From assembly GCA_964282815.1 (NCBI GenBank), contig OZ196148.1: a stretch of 64,000 nucleotides of DNA; one strand, 5' to 3'. The notes below the pieces were generated by a model. The model ran no database searches. It was not told the origin of the DNA and saw only the letters and a program-made list of their open reading frames with translations. This document shows, piece after piece, positions 1 to 9,617 of this stretch. Every line of letters begins with the position of its first letter. The stretch's first letter is position 1. The position numbers and the translations under genes were made by a program. Source of the DNA: an uncultured Granulicella sp. GTDB lineage: Bacteria > Acidobacteriota > Terriglobia > Terriglobales > Acidobacteriaceae.

Positions 1-890
1 ATCAGCCGCCCCTCATCCGTAGAAGCCTTTGCGAGCTCCATCGGAGGCATCGCACGGTGCCACTGCGTAATAAACCGCTTCACATGCTCGTCGTACGGTG
101 TAGAGAGCGTCTGCATCAGCCCGCTCAACGCCGCATGATGCCCGGACCCGAACGCGATCGCAATCGTAAACTCCCGGTTCCGCGCCACGTCGATCTCGCC
201 CATCATGGCGATATTCCCGTCCAGCGCGCTCCCAAACTGCCACTTCATCCGCATATGCGCGGAAAGATCCTGAAACCCGTCGCTCGTCCCCACAAACCCG
301 CAGGAAGAACGCGAAAACCCGCAATCCGCCCCCATCGCCAGCGAGTTATGACTCCCCTTCCAGGCCAGTAAACACCGCCGCCCCGCAACCGCCAGCGACC
401 GCGCCGAATTTCCCGCCCCGCCCCCATTCAAATGCGGAGCCAGCAGCACATAGCACTTGAGCCGGGACAAAATCGCCTCATCCCCGGCAATCTTCACATT
501 CATCAGCACAACCGGATGATGCGGATCGGCCACAAACTCCTTCGTCACCGTATAACGCCCATCCAGGTCCGAAGCCGAAACCCGAACCACCGGCGCACCC
601 GTATCGATGTAGTGGAAGTCGTACTCAAAATCCCGCTTTTCTTCATGGAAAAACGTCTCTTCATCCGTAAAGAGCAGCTCCATGTCCCGCATCTGCGGCC
701 GGTCGATCGTAGGATAGTACACCTCGTTCAAAGTCCCATGCGAGATCGTGTACCAGACCCGGCTCGAAGCCGAGTAAGCCGTCACCACGGCATCTTTCTT
801 GCTCGAAGTCCAGCGCGGAGGCACACCCGGTCCGCCAAACGCGGCTCCATCATCATCCAGCCAACGGTATTCTGAAGCGGAACTTTCCAT
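1..890 (-). CDS. Glucoamylase / glucan 1,4-alpha-glucosidase (GH15 with glucodextranase-type N domain), 5' part; runs off the window
   Basis: Read by hand from ATG at 890 and open to position 1: MESSASEYRWLDDDGAAFGGPGVPPRWTSSKKDAVVTAYSASSRVWYTISHGTLNEVYYPTIDRPQMRD, the typical bacterial GH15 N-terminus. Absent from the ORF track because there is no stop codon in the window. Confidence 0.8.
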   Translation of the reverse strand, partial: MESSASEYRWLDDDGAAFGGPGVPPRWTSSKKDAVVTAYSASSRVWYTISHGTLNEVYYPTIDRPQMRDMELLFTDEETFFHEEKRDFEYDFHYIDTGAPVVRVSASDLDGRYTVTKEFVADPHHPVVLMNVKIAGDEAILSRLKCYVLLAPHLNGGGAGNSARSLAVAGRRCLLAWKGSHNSLAMGADCGFSRSSCGFVGTSDGFQDLSAHMRMKWQFGSALDGNIAMMGEIDVARNREFTIAIAFGSGHHAALSGLMQTLSTPYDEHVKRFITQWHRAMPPMELAKASTDEGRL

Positions 891-979
891 AGGCACCGAT
901 TAGAAACCAAAACCATCCCCAGCGCGACCCATCTCTACAATCTTGAAAGAATTCCGCGCCTGTCTGCCTGCTCCTTGCT

Positions 980-1077
980 CCCTGACCCTGCTCCCTGATC
1001 CCTGATCCCTGATCCCTGACCCCTGACCCCTGACCCTGACCCCTGACCCCTGACCCTGACCCCTGACCCCTGACCCC
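980..1077. repeat. Tandem 6-7-bp repeat (CCCTGAT/CCCCTGA/CCCTGA), 15 C-tracts
   Basis: Directly visible in the intergenic region between the divergent GH15 and sodA genes. Confidence 0.95.
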
Positions 1078-1182
1078 TACCAATCATCTATTAACATCGC
1101 AAACCCCCACCCCCGCATCGAACCCCATGAGACGCGGGCTCGTTCCCGCACAGCACCACAGACACCTTCAAGGAGATCTCAC

Positions 1183-1794
1183 GTGGCCTTTGAACTTCCC
1201 CCGCTGCCCTACGCCTACGACGCCCTCGAGCCCTACATCGATGAAGCAACCATGAAGCTCCATCATGACAAGCACCACCAGACCTATGTGACGAACCTCA
1301 ACGGTGCCGTCGAAAAATACCCCGACCTCGGGAAAAAGACTCCCGAAGAACTGCTCAAAGACCTCGCCTCCATTCCTGAAGACGTCCGCAAGGTCGTCCA
1401 GAACAACGGCGGAGGCCACGTCAATCACACCATGTTCTGGCAGATCATGAAGCCCCAGGGCGGCGGAGAGCCCTCCGGCAACCTCGCAGACCAGATCACC
1501 AAGGACTTCGGCTCCTTTGAAGACTTCAAGAAGAAGTTCAACGAGACCACCGCCAAGCAGTTCGGCTCCGGCTGGGGCTGGCTCATCTTCAAAGGCGGAA
1601 AGCTCGAGATCGTCACCACCCCCAACCAGGACAACCCCATCACCTCAGGCTCCTACCCCATCCTCGGCAACGACGTTTGGGAGCACGCCTACTACCTGAA
1701 ATACCAGAACAAGCGCCCCGACTACCTCGCAGCATGGTGGAACACCGTCAACTGGGAAGAAGTCAACAAGCGCTTCGAACACGCACAGAAGTAA
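1183..1794 (+). CDS. sodA: Superoxide dismutase, Mn-type (Fe/Mn family)
   Basis: [42 protein letters not shown] and DVWEHAYY motifs. GGG plus NQD is the Mn-type signature. AAGGAG RBS before the GTG start. Confidence 0.95.
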   Translation: MAFELPPLPYAYDALEPYIDEATMKLHHDKHHQTYVTNLNGAVEKYPDLGKKTPEELLKDLASIPEDVRKVVQNNGGGHVNHTMFWQIMKPQGGGEPSGNLADQITKDFGSFEDFKKKFNETTAKQFGSGWGWLIFKGGKLEIVTTPNQDNPITSGSYPILGNDVWEHAYYLKYQNKRPDYLAAWWNTVNWEEVNKRFEHAQK

Positions 1795-1827
1795 AAGCGC
1801 CCCCGTTAGTAAAAGCCTCCGTTTAAC

Positions 1828-1853
1828 AAAGGCCGCCCATCCAGGCGGCCTTT
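1828..1853 (+). terminator. Rho-independent terminator after sodA
   Basis: AAAGGCCGCC-catcca-GGCGGCCTTT hairpin 33 nt after the stop codon. Confidence 0.8.
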
Positions 1854-1963
1854 CTGCGTCTACGCCCGAGGGAACCCGGGATCGTTACCGGCTTCGTTTC
1901 CTCTTCCCGTCTGTGGAAATCATCCCGTGCACCTGCACACTTCCCTGTGCTCCAACAAGATTG

Positions 1964-2021
1964 ATCCGAACCTAAACCTAAGCGAATGAATATTTTGCGC
2001 AAAACTATGGGGTGGGGGAGG
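1964..2021 (+). repeat. Dispersed upstream motif, copy A (diverged)
   Basis: TCCGAACCTAA...GAATATTTTGCGCAAAA...GGGGGAGG aligns with the copies at 32523 and 53832. Confidence 0.55.
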
Positions 2022-2182
2022 AAATCTCCACAGGCACACTGAATCCAGTCCAATCAACGCCGCACAGCACCTTTAGGAATCTTCCCAAGCCCGCAAAACG
2101 TCCTATTGCTACAAAGAGCGTGTCGCAACCCCCGCTTACCCGTCAGCAAGCATCGTAGAAGTTTCAGGGAGAACCCTCAGCA

Positions 2183-5100
2183 ATGTGGATCGTCAAACTC
2201 GCCCTTAGGCGTCCGTACACCTTTGTCGTTCTATCCCTGCTCATCTTCCTGCTCGGCATCGGCTCCTCCATTGTTGCCCCCAAGGACATCTTCCCCTACA
2301 TCAACATCCCCGTCGTCACCGTCGTCTGGACCTACGCCGGCCTCACCCCAACCGAGATGGAGGGCCGCGTCGTCACCCCCAGCGAGCGCGGCATCACTAC
2401 CACCGTCAATGACATCGAGCACCAGGAGTCCGAGTCTTACCAGGGCGTCGCCGTCATCAAGGTCTTCTTCCAGCCGGACGTCAAGGTAGAGCTCGCCGTA
2501 GCCCAGGTCACCTCCGTCGTACAGACCATCCTCCGCGTCCTTCCCCCAGGCTCCTTCCCCCCACTCATCATCAAGTACGACGCCTCCTCGGTCCCCATCC
2601 TCCAGCTCTCACTCTCAGGCCAGGGCCTCACGGAGGCCGACCTCTACGACCTCGGCATCTCCTTCATCCGCCCCCGTCTCTCGAACGTCAAAGGGGCCTC
2701 CATCCCTCTCCCCTATGGCGGCAAGGTTCGCCAGATCATGGTGGATGCAGACCCCAACCTCATGTACGCCAAGCATCTCTCCGCCTCGGATGTCAGCACC
2801 GCCATCGCCCAGCAGAACCTCATCCTTCCCGCCGGAACAGCCCGCATGGGAGACCGCGAGTTCGTCGTCAAGCTCAACTCCTCGCCCGGAGAGGTCTCCG
2901 CCCTCAATGATCTCCCCGTCCGCGCCGCCAACGGCTCCGTCGTCTTCATTAAAGACGTCGCCCAGGTCGAAGAAGGCTTCGCAGTCCAGACCAACATCGT
3001 TCGCCAGAATGGCAAGCACAGCGCTCTGCTCACCGTCCTCAAAAACGGCAACACCAGCACGCTCGATATCGTCAGCGGTGTCCTCAAGAACCTCCCCATC
3101 GTCAAGGCCGGCCTCCCGCCGAACCTCGAGATAACCCCCCTCTTCGACCAGTCCATCTTCGTCCGCGACTCCATCTCCGAGGTCGCCCGCGAAGCCGCGA
3201 TCGCCGCCGCCCTCACCGGCCTCATGATCCTGCTCTTCCTCGGCTCCTGGCGCTCCACCCTCATCGTCTGCACCTCCATCCCCCTCTCCATCGCCACCTC
3301 GCTCGTCATCCTCACCGCCCTCGGCGAAACCATCAACGTCATGACCCTCGGCGGTCTCGCCCTCGCCGTCGGCATCCTCGTAGACGACGCCACCGTGGAA
3401 ATCGAGAACACCCACCGCAACATGGCGGAGAAAAAGCCCCTCGTCCGAGCCATCCTGGACTCCGCCCAGCAGGTCGCCGCGCCCGCCTTCGTCTCCACCC
3501 TCTCCATCTGCATCGTCTTCATCCCCGTCGTGCTCCTCACCGGAGCAGCCAAGTACCTCTTCACCCCCCTGGCCATGGCCGTTGCCTTCGCCATGATGGC
3601 CTCCTACTTCCTCTCCCGCACCATCGTCCCCACCATGATGCACTTCCTCCTGGCCTCAGAGATCGCCCTCTACCAGGATGAATCAGCCTCAGAGAAAGAA
3701 GAGCGCGAAAACTGGGTTTGGCGCTGGCACATGGCCTTCGACCGCAAATTCGAAGACTTCCGCCACCTCTACAAGGGCGCCCTCGAGTGGTGCCTCGAAA
3801 ACGCCGCCCTCACCCTCATCCTCTTCTTCGGCTTCGTGGCCCTCTCGTTCCCCATCATGTTCTTCATCGGAGAGGACTTCTTTCCCTACGTCGACTCCGG
3901 ACAGATGCGCCTCCACATCAATCCCCCTGTCGGCATGCGCATTGAGGACTCCGAGCAATACTTCGCCGCCGTAGAAAAGCAGATCCGCGTCCTCATCCCC
4001 GGGGATGAGATCCAGCTCCTGCTGGACAACATCGGCCTTCCCAACAGCGGCATCAACCTCGCCTTCGGCACCAGCGCCACCATCTCCAACACCGATGGCG
4101 AGATCCTCGTCGCGCTCAAGCCAGGAGGACGCCTCACCACCAAATACCAGCGACTCCTCCGCGAGCAACTTCCCAAAGCCTTCCCCGGAGCCACCTTCTT
4201 CTTCACCCCCGCCAACATCACCAACCAGATCCTTGACTTCGGCCTGCCCGCACCAATCGACATCCAGGTCCAGGGACGCGCCAAGCAAAACTATGAGATC
4301 ACCCGCCGCATCATGAAGCGTGTCTCTGAGATCCCCGGTGCTGTTGACGTCCACATCCACCAGCAGGTCAACTACCCCACCATGCAGATCAACGTGGACC
4401 GCACAAAAGCGAGGCAGATCGGCCTCACCCAGCAGGACGTCGCTCAATCTACCCTCATCTCCCTCACCGGTACCGGCCAGACCGCCCCCAACGAGTGGCT
4501 CAATCCGCTCAACGGCGTCAACTACCAGGTCGTCACCCAAACCCCCATCACCCAGATCTCCTCGTTGCCGGAACTCTCTCGCACCCCCATCAGCAGCACC
4601 AGCGGAAACGTCTCGCAGCTGCTCGGCAACCTCGCTACCTTCAAACGCGACGAGTCCCCCATCATCATCGACCACTACAACATCCAGCCCGTCTTTGACG
4701 TCTACGCCGACGTCGACCGCACCGACCTCGGCTCCGTCGCCTCCCAGGTCAACAAGATCATCGCCGACGAGATGAAGACCGTCCCCGCCGGAACCACCAT
4801 CAACCTCCGCGGCGAAGTCACTACCATGTCCAGCTCCTTCATCCGCCTTGGCATCGGCATCATCTTCGCCGTTATGCTCGTGTACCTCCTCATGGCGGTT
4901 AACTTCCAGTCCTGGCTCGATCCCCTCATCATTCTCATGGCCCTCCCCGGAGCCTTCAGCGGAATCCTCTGGATGCTCTTCGTCACCCAGACCACCTTCA
5001 GCGTCCCCTCCCTCATGGGAGCCATCATGACCATCGGTGTCGCCACCGCCAACTCCATCCTCATGGTCGTCTTCGCCAACGACGAGCGCATTGCCGGCAA

Positions 5101-5395
5101 GAATCAAATGGAAGCCGCCCTCAACGCCGGCTTCACCCGTCTTCGCCCCGTCCTCATGACCGCGCTCGCCATGATCATCGGCATGCTCCCCATGGCGCTC
5201 GCCCTCGGCGAAGGCGGCGAACAAAATGCCCCGCTAGGCCGAGCCGTCATCGGCGGCCTGCTCTTCGCCACCATTGGCACCCTCTTCATCGTCCCGGTCA
5301 TCTACTCGTTGCTGAAAGAAGAAGCGCCCGTCGACTATGACAAGGAGATCGACGAGTTCGACCCCGACCTCCACCCCGAAGAGCAAACCGCATGA
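2183..5395 (+). CDS. RND efflux transporter permease subunit (AcrB/AcrD/AcrF family)
   Basis: 1070 aa; MWIVKLALRRPYTF N-terminus, GILVDDATVEIEN (TM4) and TRLRPVLMT (TM11); two large periplasmic loops. Confidence 0.95.
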   Translation: MWIVKLALRRPYTFVVLSLLIFLLGIGSSIVAPKDIFPYINIPVVTVVWTYAGLTPTEMEGRVVTPSERGITTTVNDIEHQESESYQGVAVIKVFFQPDVKVELAVAQVTSVVQTILRVLPPGSFPPLIIKYDASSVPILQLSLSGQGLTEADLYDLGISFIRPRLSNVKGASIPLPYGGKVRQIMVDADPNLMYAKHLSASDVSTAIAQQNLILPAGTARMGDREFVVKLNSSPGEVSALNDLPVRAANGSVVFIKDVAQVEEGFAVQTNIVRQNGKHSALLTVLKNGNTSTLDIVSGVLKNLPIVKAGLPPNLEITPLFDQSIFVRDSISEVAREAAIAAALTGLMILLFLGSWRSTLIVCTSIPLSIATSLVILTALGETINVMTLGGLALAVGILVDDATVEIENTHRNMAEKKPLVRAILDSAQQVAAPAFVSTLSICIVFIPVVLLTGAAKYLFTPLAMAVAFAMMASYFLSRTIVPTMMHFLLASEIALYQDESASEKEERENWVWRWHMAFDRKFEDFRHLYKGALEWCLENAALTLILFFGFVALSFPIMFFIGEDFFPYVDSGQMRLHINPPVGMRIEDSEQYFAAVEKQIRVLIPGDEIQLLLDNIGLPNSGINLAFGTSATISNTDGEILVALKPGGRLTTKYQRLLREQLPKAFPGATFFFTPANITNQILDFGLPAPIDIQVQGRAKQNYEITRRIMKRVSEIPGAVDVHIHQQVNYPTMQINVDRTKARQIGLTQQDVAQSTLISLTGTGQTAPNEWLNPLNGVNYQVVTQTPITQISSLPELSRTPISSTSGNVSQLLGNLATFKRDESPIIIDHYNIQPVFDVYADVDRTDLGSVASQVNKIIADEMKTVPAGTTINLRGEVTTMSSSFIRLGIGIIFAVMLVYLLMAVNFQSWLDPLIILMALPGAFSGILWMLFVTQTTFSVPSLMGAIMTIGVATANSILMVVFANDERIAGKNQMEAALNAGFTRLRPVLMTALAMIIGMLPMALALGEGGEQNAPLGRAVIGGLLFATIGTLFIVPVIYSLLKEEAPVDYDKEIDEFDPDLHPEEQTA

Positions 5396-5429
5396 CCTCT
5401 AACATGCTCTCTTCGCCAGCAAACACATC

Positions 5430-5482
5430 TGTCAGCCTGAGCGAAGCTCGCCGGCCTCATCAGCGAGCGCAGTCGAAGAACC
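5430..5482 (+). repeat. REP-like palindromic element (GTCA-CCTGAGCGAAGC...GTCGAAG family)
   Basis: TGTCAGCCTGAGCGAAGC...GAGCGCAGTCGAAGAACC shares its core with 7494-7566 and the reverse complement of 52888-52916. Confidence 0.55.
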
Positions 5483-5582
5483 TTGAGGGTCTCCGGTTAC
5501 CCCAGCTCTCCAACCCTCTCAGCCACAGATTCGATCAGGCCCTTCGTCTCTCAGCCGCACAGCACTAGGAGCCTCCTGCATC

Positions 5583-7442
5583 ATGCCGACCGACCAGAAC
5601 CCAGACCCAAACCACCGCCTCCCAGATCGTTTGTCAGACGGCCGCGAAGACATCGGCGACTCTCTCGCCCACCCCATCCCACGCGAAAACCGCAACCTGG
5701 GCCAGGACTTCTCCGCACGCAACGCCTATGACGGCCCAAGGCTCGGCGATGAATTCGCTGACCCAGCCCTCGCCGAGGAGCGCTCCGTCGGCAACGCCTT
5801 TGCCGACCCCAACTCCCTCGACGACGCTCGCCTCGGCAAAGCCTTCGAGCAGACCAACTCCAGCGCCAAAAAACGTCATCGCCCCGTCCTCCAAACGGCA
5901 GAAGCCCCCTTCAAAAAGCCCGGCTCTAAAAAAGTGCTCTTCCTCGTCCTAGCCATTGTCCTTGTCTTCGCAGTCGTCGCCCTCATCATCGGCATCCTTC
6001 CGCGTCGCGAGCGCAGTAAACAGACCAATGAGCAGGCCGACCAGGTCAAGAACTCCAAGCCCATGATCGACGTCGTCCGCGTCGCCACCGCAAAGCAGGG
6101 CGCGGGCCTCGTCATTCCCGGGACCACAACCCCGCTCACGGAAGCCCCCGTCTACGCCCGCGCCAGCGGTTATCTGAAAAAGCGCTACGTCGATATTGGA
6201 GACCACGTTAAAAAAGGCCAGCTCCTGGCCGTAATCGATGCCCCTGATCTCGACCAGCAGGTCGATCAGGCCCGCGAGCAGCTTAGCCAGGCCCAGGCCC
6301 AGCAAGCACAGCAGGAGACCCAGCTCGCCCTCGCCAAGGTCACCGTCGACCGATACCGCGTCCTCGTCGCCAAAGGCGTCTTCTCCCGCCAGGACGGCGA
6401 CCAGCAGGAGACCAACTACCAGGCCCAGCGCGCCAACGTCGCTTCAGCCGAGCGCAACGTAGAAGCCTTCCGCGCCAACCTCGCCCGCGTCATCGCCCTC
6501 CAATCCTACGAGCGCGTTACCTCACCATTCGACGGCGTCATCACGCAGCGCAACGTCGACGCAGGTGCTTACATCTCCACCACCGGAGCCGCCGGAACTC
6601 CCGCACCGACCCCAGCCGCAACCCCGGGCCTCACCAACGGAAGCTCCCAGACCGCCGGAACCACCAACACCGGCGGAACCAGCGGCTCCGGGAACTCCCT
6701 CGCTACCCCATCCACCGGCGGCGGACAAGGCGGAGCCCTCTTTTCCGTGGCCCAGGTCGAGCGCCTCCGCATCCTCGTCTCCGTGCCCGAAGGCTACGCC
6801 GGCATGATCTACCCTGGCCAGGGCGCCAGCATCCACTTCCAGGAGCTTCCAGACAACGACTTCTACGCCAAAGTCACTCGCACCGCCGCTGCCATCGACC
6901 AGAACTCCCGCACCCTCCTCACAGAAGTTCAGGTCGACAACCGCAACAACCAGCTCATGGCCGGCATGTACGCAGTCGTCACCTTCGCCCCCAAATCCCA
7001 GGCCCAATCTGGCGTTGCTGGCAAGGCCTCGACCGCTGCCGGTCCCGTCATCATCCCCGGCGACGCCATCGCCATCCGCGAAGACCGTCCCACCATCGCC
7101 GTCATCGACAATGGCACCGTCCACCTGGTCCCCGTGGTGATCGGCCGCGACTTCGGCTCAGAGACCGAGGTCGTCTCCGGCCTCAAACCCGGCGAACTCA
7201 TCGCCACCACCTTCACCGACGACATCATCGAAAACGCCAAGGTTGAAATCCGCGAAAACAAACAAGCCGAGCAGAAGACCACACCGCCCGCCCCGCCAAA
7301 CCAGAACACCCCGCCCGGAGGCTCAACCCAGTACGGTGACCCCGGCATCACCGATCAGGACATGCAAGGCCAGAACGCCAAGCCCCAGCAGAAAAAGGGG
7401 CCCGGCGACAAGAAAGCTCACGGCAGCAAGGGAAGCAACTGA
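5583..7442 (+). CDS. RND periplasmic adaptor (membrane fusion protein) with long N-terminal repeat extension
   Basis: Single TM helix, then YARASGYLKKRYVDIGDHVKKGQLLAVID and VTSPFDGVITQRNVD lipoyl motifs; lies between the permease and TolC genes. Confidence 0.92.
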   Translation: MPTDQNPDPNHRLPDRLSDGREDIGDSLAHPIPRENRNLGQDFSARNAYDGPRLGDEFADPALAEERSVGNAFADPNSLDDARLGKAFEQTNSSAKKRHRPVLQTAEAPFKKPGSKKVLFLVLAIVLVFAVVALIIGILPRRERSKQTNEQADQVKNSKPMIDVVRVATAKQGAGLVIPGTTTPLTEAPVYARASGYLKKRYVDIGDHVKKGQLLAVIDAPDLDQQVDQAREQLSQAQAQQAQQETQLALAKVTVDRYRVLVAKGVFSRQDGDQQETNYQAQRANVASAERNVEAFRANLARVIALQSYERVTSPFDGVITQRNVDAGAYISTTGAAGTPAPTPAATPGLTNGSSQTAGTTNTGGTSGSGNSLATPSTGGGQGGALFSVAQVERLRILVSVPEGYAGMIYPGQGASIHFQELPDNDFYAKVTRTAAAIDQNSRTLLTEVQVDNRNNQLMAGMYAVVTFAPKSQAQSGVAGKASTAAGPVIIPGDAIAIREDRPTIAVIDNGTVHLVPVVIGRDFGSETEVVSGLKPGELIATTFTDDIIENAKVEIRENKQAEQKTTPPAPPNQNTPPGGSTQYGDPGITDQDMQGQNAKPQQKKGPGDKKAHGSKGSN

Positions 7443-9601
7443 TGAACAAACTCACCCCGTCTTTGAGAGATCTCAGCCCCTGCAAGACTGCACGTCATCC
7501 TGACTCTGTGCGCAGCGAGGGGGAAGGTCCCCTCTATTTCGCTCTTGCTGTTGCACTTGCCCTTGCGATTCCCACATCCGCCCTCGCTCAACAATCCTTC
7601 CAATCCACCCCGCCCGCCGCCCCCACTACCCTCCCCGACGTCCCGAATGTCCCGCCCATCTCCACCTTCACCCCTGGCGTCCCCACCACCCTGACCGGAA
7701 CCCCCACCACCATCCCCAGCCGCTCCGCGCCAACCGGCCTCGTCGGCAGCCGCTTCTTCGGCCCCTTCCGCCGCCCGCAGGTCCCGCAGCTCTTCCCCGG
7801 CAACGGAGATCGCCTTCGCTCCCTCGTCCGCGACAACAAACTCTATCTCTCCGCTCGCGACGCCATCATCCTTGCCATAGAAAACAACCTCGACGTCGAA
7901 GTCGAACGCTACAACCTCCTCCTCGCCGACACCGACCGCGCCCGCGCCGCCGGCGGAGGCTCCCTCCGAGGCATAGACTTCACCATCGCAGAGCCCCCAG
8001 CAGGCGATGGCGGCCCCGGCTCCCCGCTCCTCAATACCACCGCTACAAACCCAAACCCCATCACCCCCACCGTGACCGATCTCACCGCACTCAACGCAAC
8101 CACCCAAACCACCACCAATCTCTCCGCAAGCACCACCGCCGGTACCCAATACAGCACCGGCCCCAACGTCCCTCTCTTCGATCCCAACGTCTTCCTCGAA
8201 TCCGGCTACCTCCGCCGTTCGGACACCGTCACCCTCGGCAACACCACAGGAGCCGGAACAACCACCGGCGGCACGGGCGGAACCACCACCAGCGGCGGAA
8301 CTGTGACCGAAGCTCAGCCCCTCACCTTCATCACCGCCAACATCAGCTATCTTCAGGGCTTCCACTTTGGCGGCCAGCTTGAGGCCACCGTCAACAACGA
8401 CGCCGCAGTCATCTACGGCTCCAACTCACAGCGCGATCCCTTCTCCACCCCCAGCACCTCCGTCACCTTCACCCAGCCGCTCCTTCGCGGCCTCGGCAAG
8501 GTCAACACCCGCTACATCCGCATCGCCAACGAAAACAGGAAAGTCTCCCGCCTCCTCTTCGAGCAGCAGGTCCTCGAAACCGTCTACGGCATCTCCCGCA
8601 TCTACTTCGACCTCGTAGCCCTCGGCGAAAATGTCTCCGTCAACGAAGAAGCCCTCCTCGCCGCCCGCAAGCTCCGTGACGACGACGCCAACCAGGTCAT
8701 CGAAGGCACTCTCGCCCCCATCGAACTCACCCGCGTCTCCGCCCTCGTCTCCTCCTCTGAGTTTTCCCTCGCCCAGGCCCAAGGCCTCTACCGCCAGCAA
8801 GAGGCTATCCTCCGCAACCAGATCCTACGCACCAACTCCCCCGTATTCGCCACCGCCTTTACCGAGATCGTCCCCACCGACCGCATCATCGTTCCCGACC
8901 TCCTCGAAGACGCACCCCTCCCGGACCTCGTCCAGCAAGCCCTCGCTCGCCGCCCCGATCTCGCTCAATCCCAGCTGCAGATAAAGACCGGCCAGATCAG
9001 CGTAGACGCCGCCCGCAATCAAGCCTTGCCTCAAGTCAATGTCTTCGCCAACGTAGAAACCCGCGGCTCCTCAGAGCAAGCCTACGAGCAGCTCGGCTCC
9101 GCGCTGGGCACAGGCCTTCCCACACTTCCGCAAAACTTCGCCTTGGGCGGGCTCCGCGTCTCCACCATCGCCCAGGCCGGCGTCCAGCTCAATCTCCCCA
9201 TCCGCAACCGCATAGCCACCGCCGACGCGGCCCGCGACGCTATCCAGCTCCGCCAGGTCCAGGCCAAAACTGAAAAGCTCTCCAACCAGATCCGCCAGGA
9301 CATAGAAAACGCCACCATCGCCCTTGATACCGCCTTTGCCGCCTACAAAGCCGCCCGTTCCAGCAGAGGCTACCAGGAACAGCTCCTTCAGGCAGAAAAA
9401 GACAAGCTTGAATTCGGCCAATCCACTCCCCTCAACGTAGTCCAGGACGAGGCCTACCTCACCCAGGCCAAATCCACCGAAATCGCCGCCCGTTCCAACT
9501 ACCAGAAAGCCCGCATTGAATTAGACCGCGATCTAGGCGACCTCCTGGACAAATCGGGAATCACCCTAGAAGATGCCGTCCAAGGCCAGATCAAACAATA
9601 A
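7442..9601 (+). CDS. TolC-family outer membrane efflux protein
   Basis: Signal peptide, DAIILAIENNLDV, ALARRPDL and a coiled-coil C-terminal repeat. Its start overlaps the MFP stop codon. Confidence 0.88.
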   Translation: MNKLTPSLRDLSPCKTARHPDSVRSEGEGPLYFALAVALALAIPTSALAQQSFQSTPPAAPTTLPDVPNVPPISTFTPGVPTTLTGTPTTIPSRSAPTGLVGSRFFGPFRRPQVPQLFPGNGDRLRSLVRDNKLYLSARDAIILAIENNLDVEVERYNLLLADTDRARAAGGGSLRGIDFTIAEPPAGDGGPGSPLLNTTATNPNPITPTVTDLTALNATTQTTTNLSASTTAGTQYSTGPNVPLFDPNVFLESGYLRRSDTVTLGNTTGAGTTTGGTGGTTTSGGTVTEAQPLTFITANISYLQGFHFGGQLEATVNNDAAVIYGSNSQRDPFSTPSTSVTFTQPLLRGLGKVNTRYIRIANENRKVSRLLFEQQVLETVYGISRIYFDLVALGENVSVNEEALLAARKLRDDDANQVIEGTLAPIELTRVSALVSSSEFSLAQAQGLYRQQEAILRNQILRTNSPVFATAFTEIVPTDRIIVPDLLEDAPLPDLVQQALARRPDLAQSQLQIKTGQISVDAARNQALPQVNVFANVETRGSSEQAYEQLGSALGTGLPTLPQNFALGGLRVSTIAQAGVQLNLPIRNRIATADAARDAIQLRQVQAKTEKLSNQIRQDIENATIALDTAFAAYKAARSSRGYQEQLLQAEKDKLEFGQSTPLNVVQDEAYLTQAKSTEIAARSNYQKARIELDRDLGDLLDKSGITLEDAVQGQIKQ
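7494..7566 (+). repeat. REP-like element inside the TolC 5' coding region
   Basis: GTCATCCTGACTCTGTGCGCAGCGAGGGGGAAGGTCCCCTCTATTTCGCTCTTGCTGTTGC resembles the intergenic copies at 5430 and 52888. Confidence 0.5.
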
Positions 9602-9617
9602 CCCGCTCAAGCCCTGC

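Noticed and set aside
980-1077. Repeat arrays (also 25990-26033 and 57735-57812) as CRISPR
   Set aside because: Units are 6-15 bp with no unique spacers, and there are no cas genes.
1081-1100. AATCATCTATT upstream of sodA as a Fur/PerR box
   Set aside because: Only a partial match to the 19-bp consensus, with no convincing dyad symmetry.
2615-5224. Long antisense ORFs opposite the RND permease (2615-3643, 3689-5224) and similar shadows elsewhere (50051-51562, 53328-54773, 54358-55431)
   Set aside because: They overlap well-supported genes and have the low-complexity composition expected from stop-poor high-GC codon bias.
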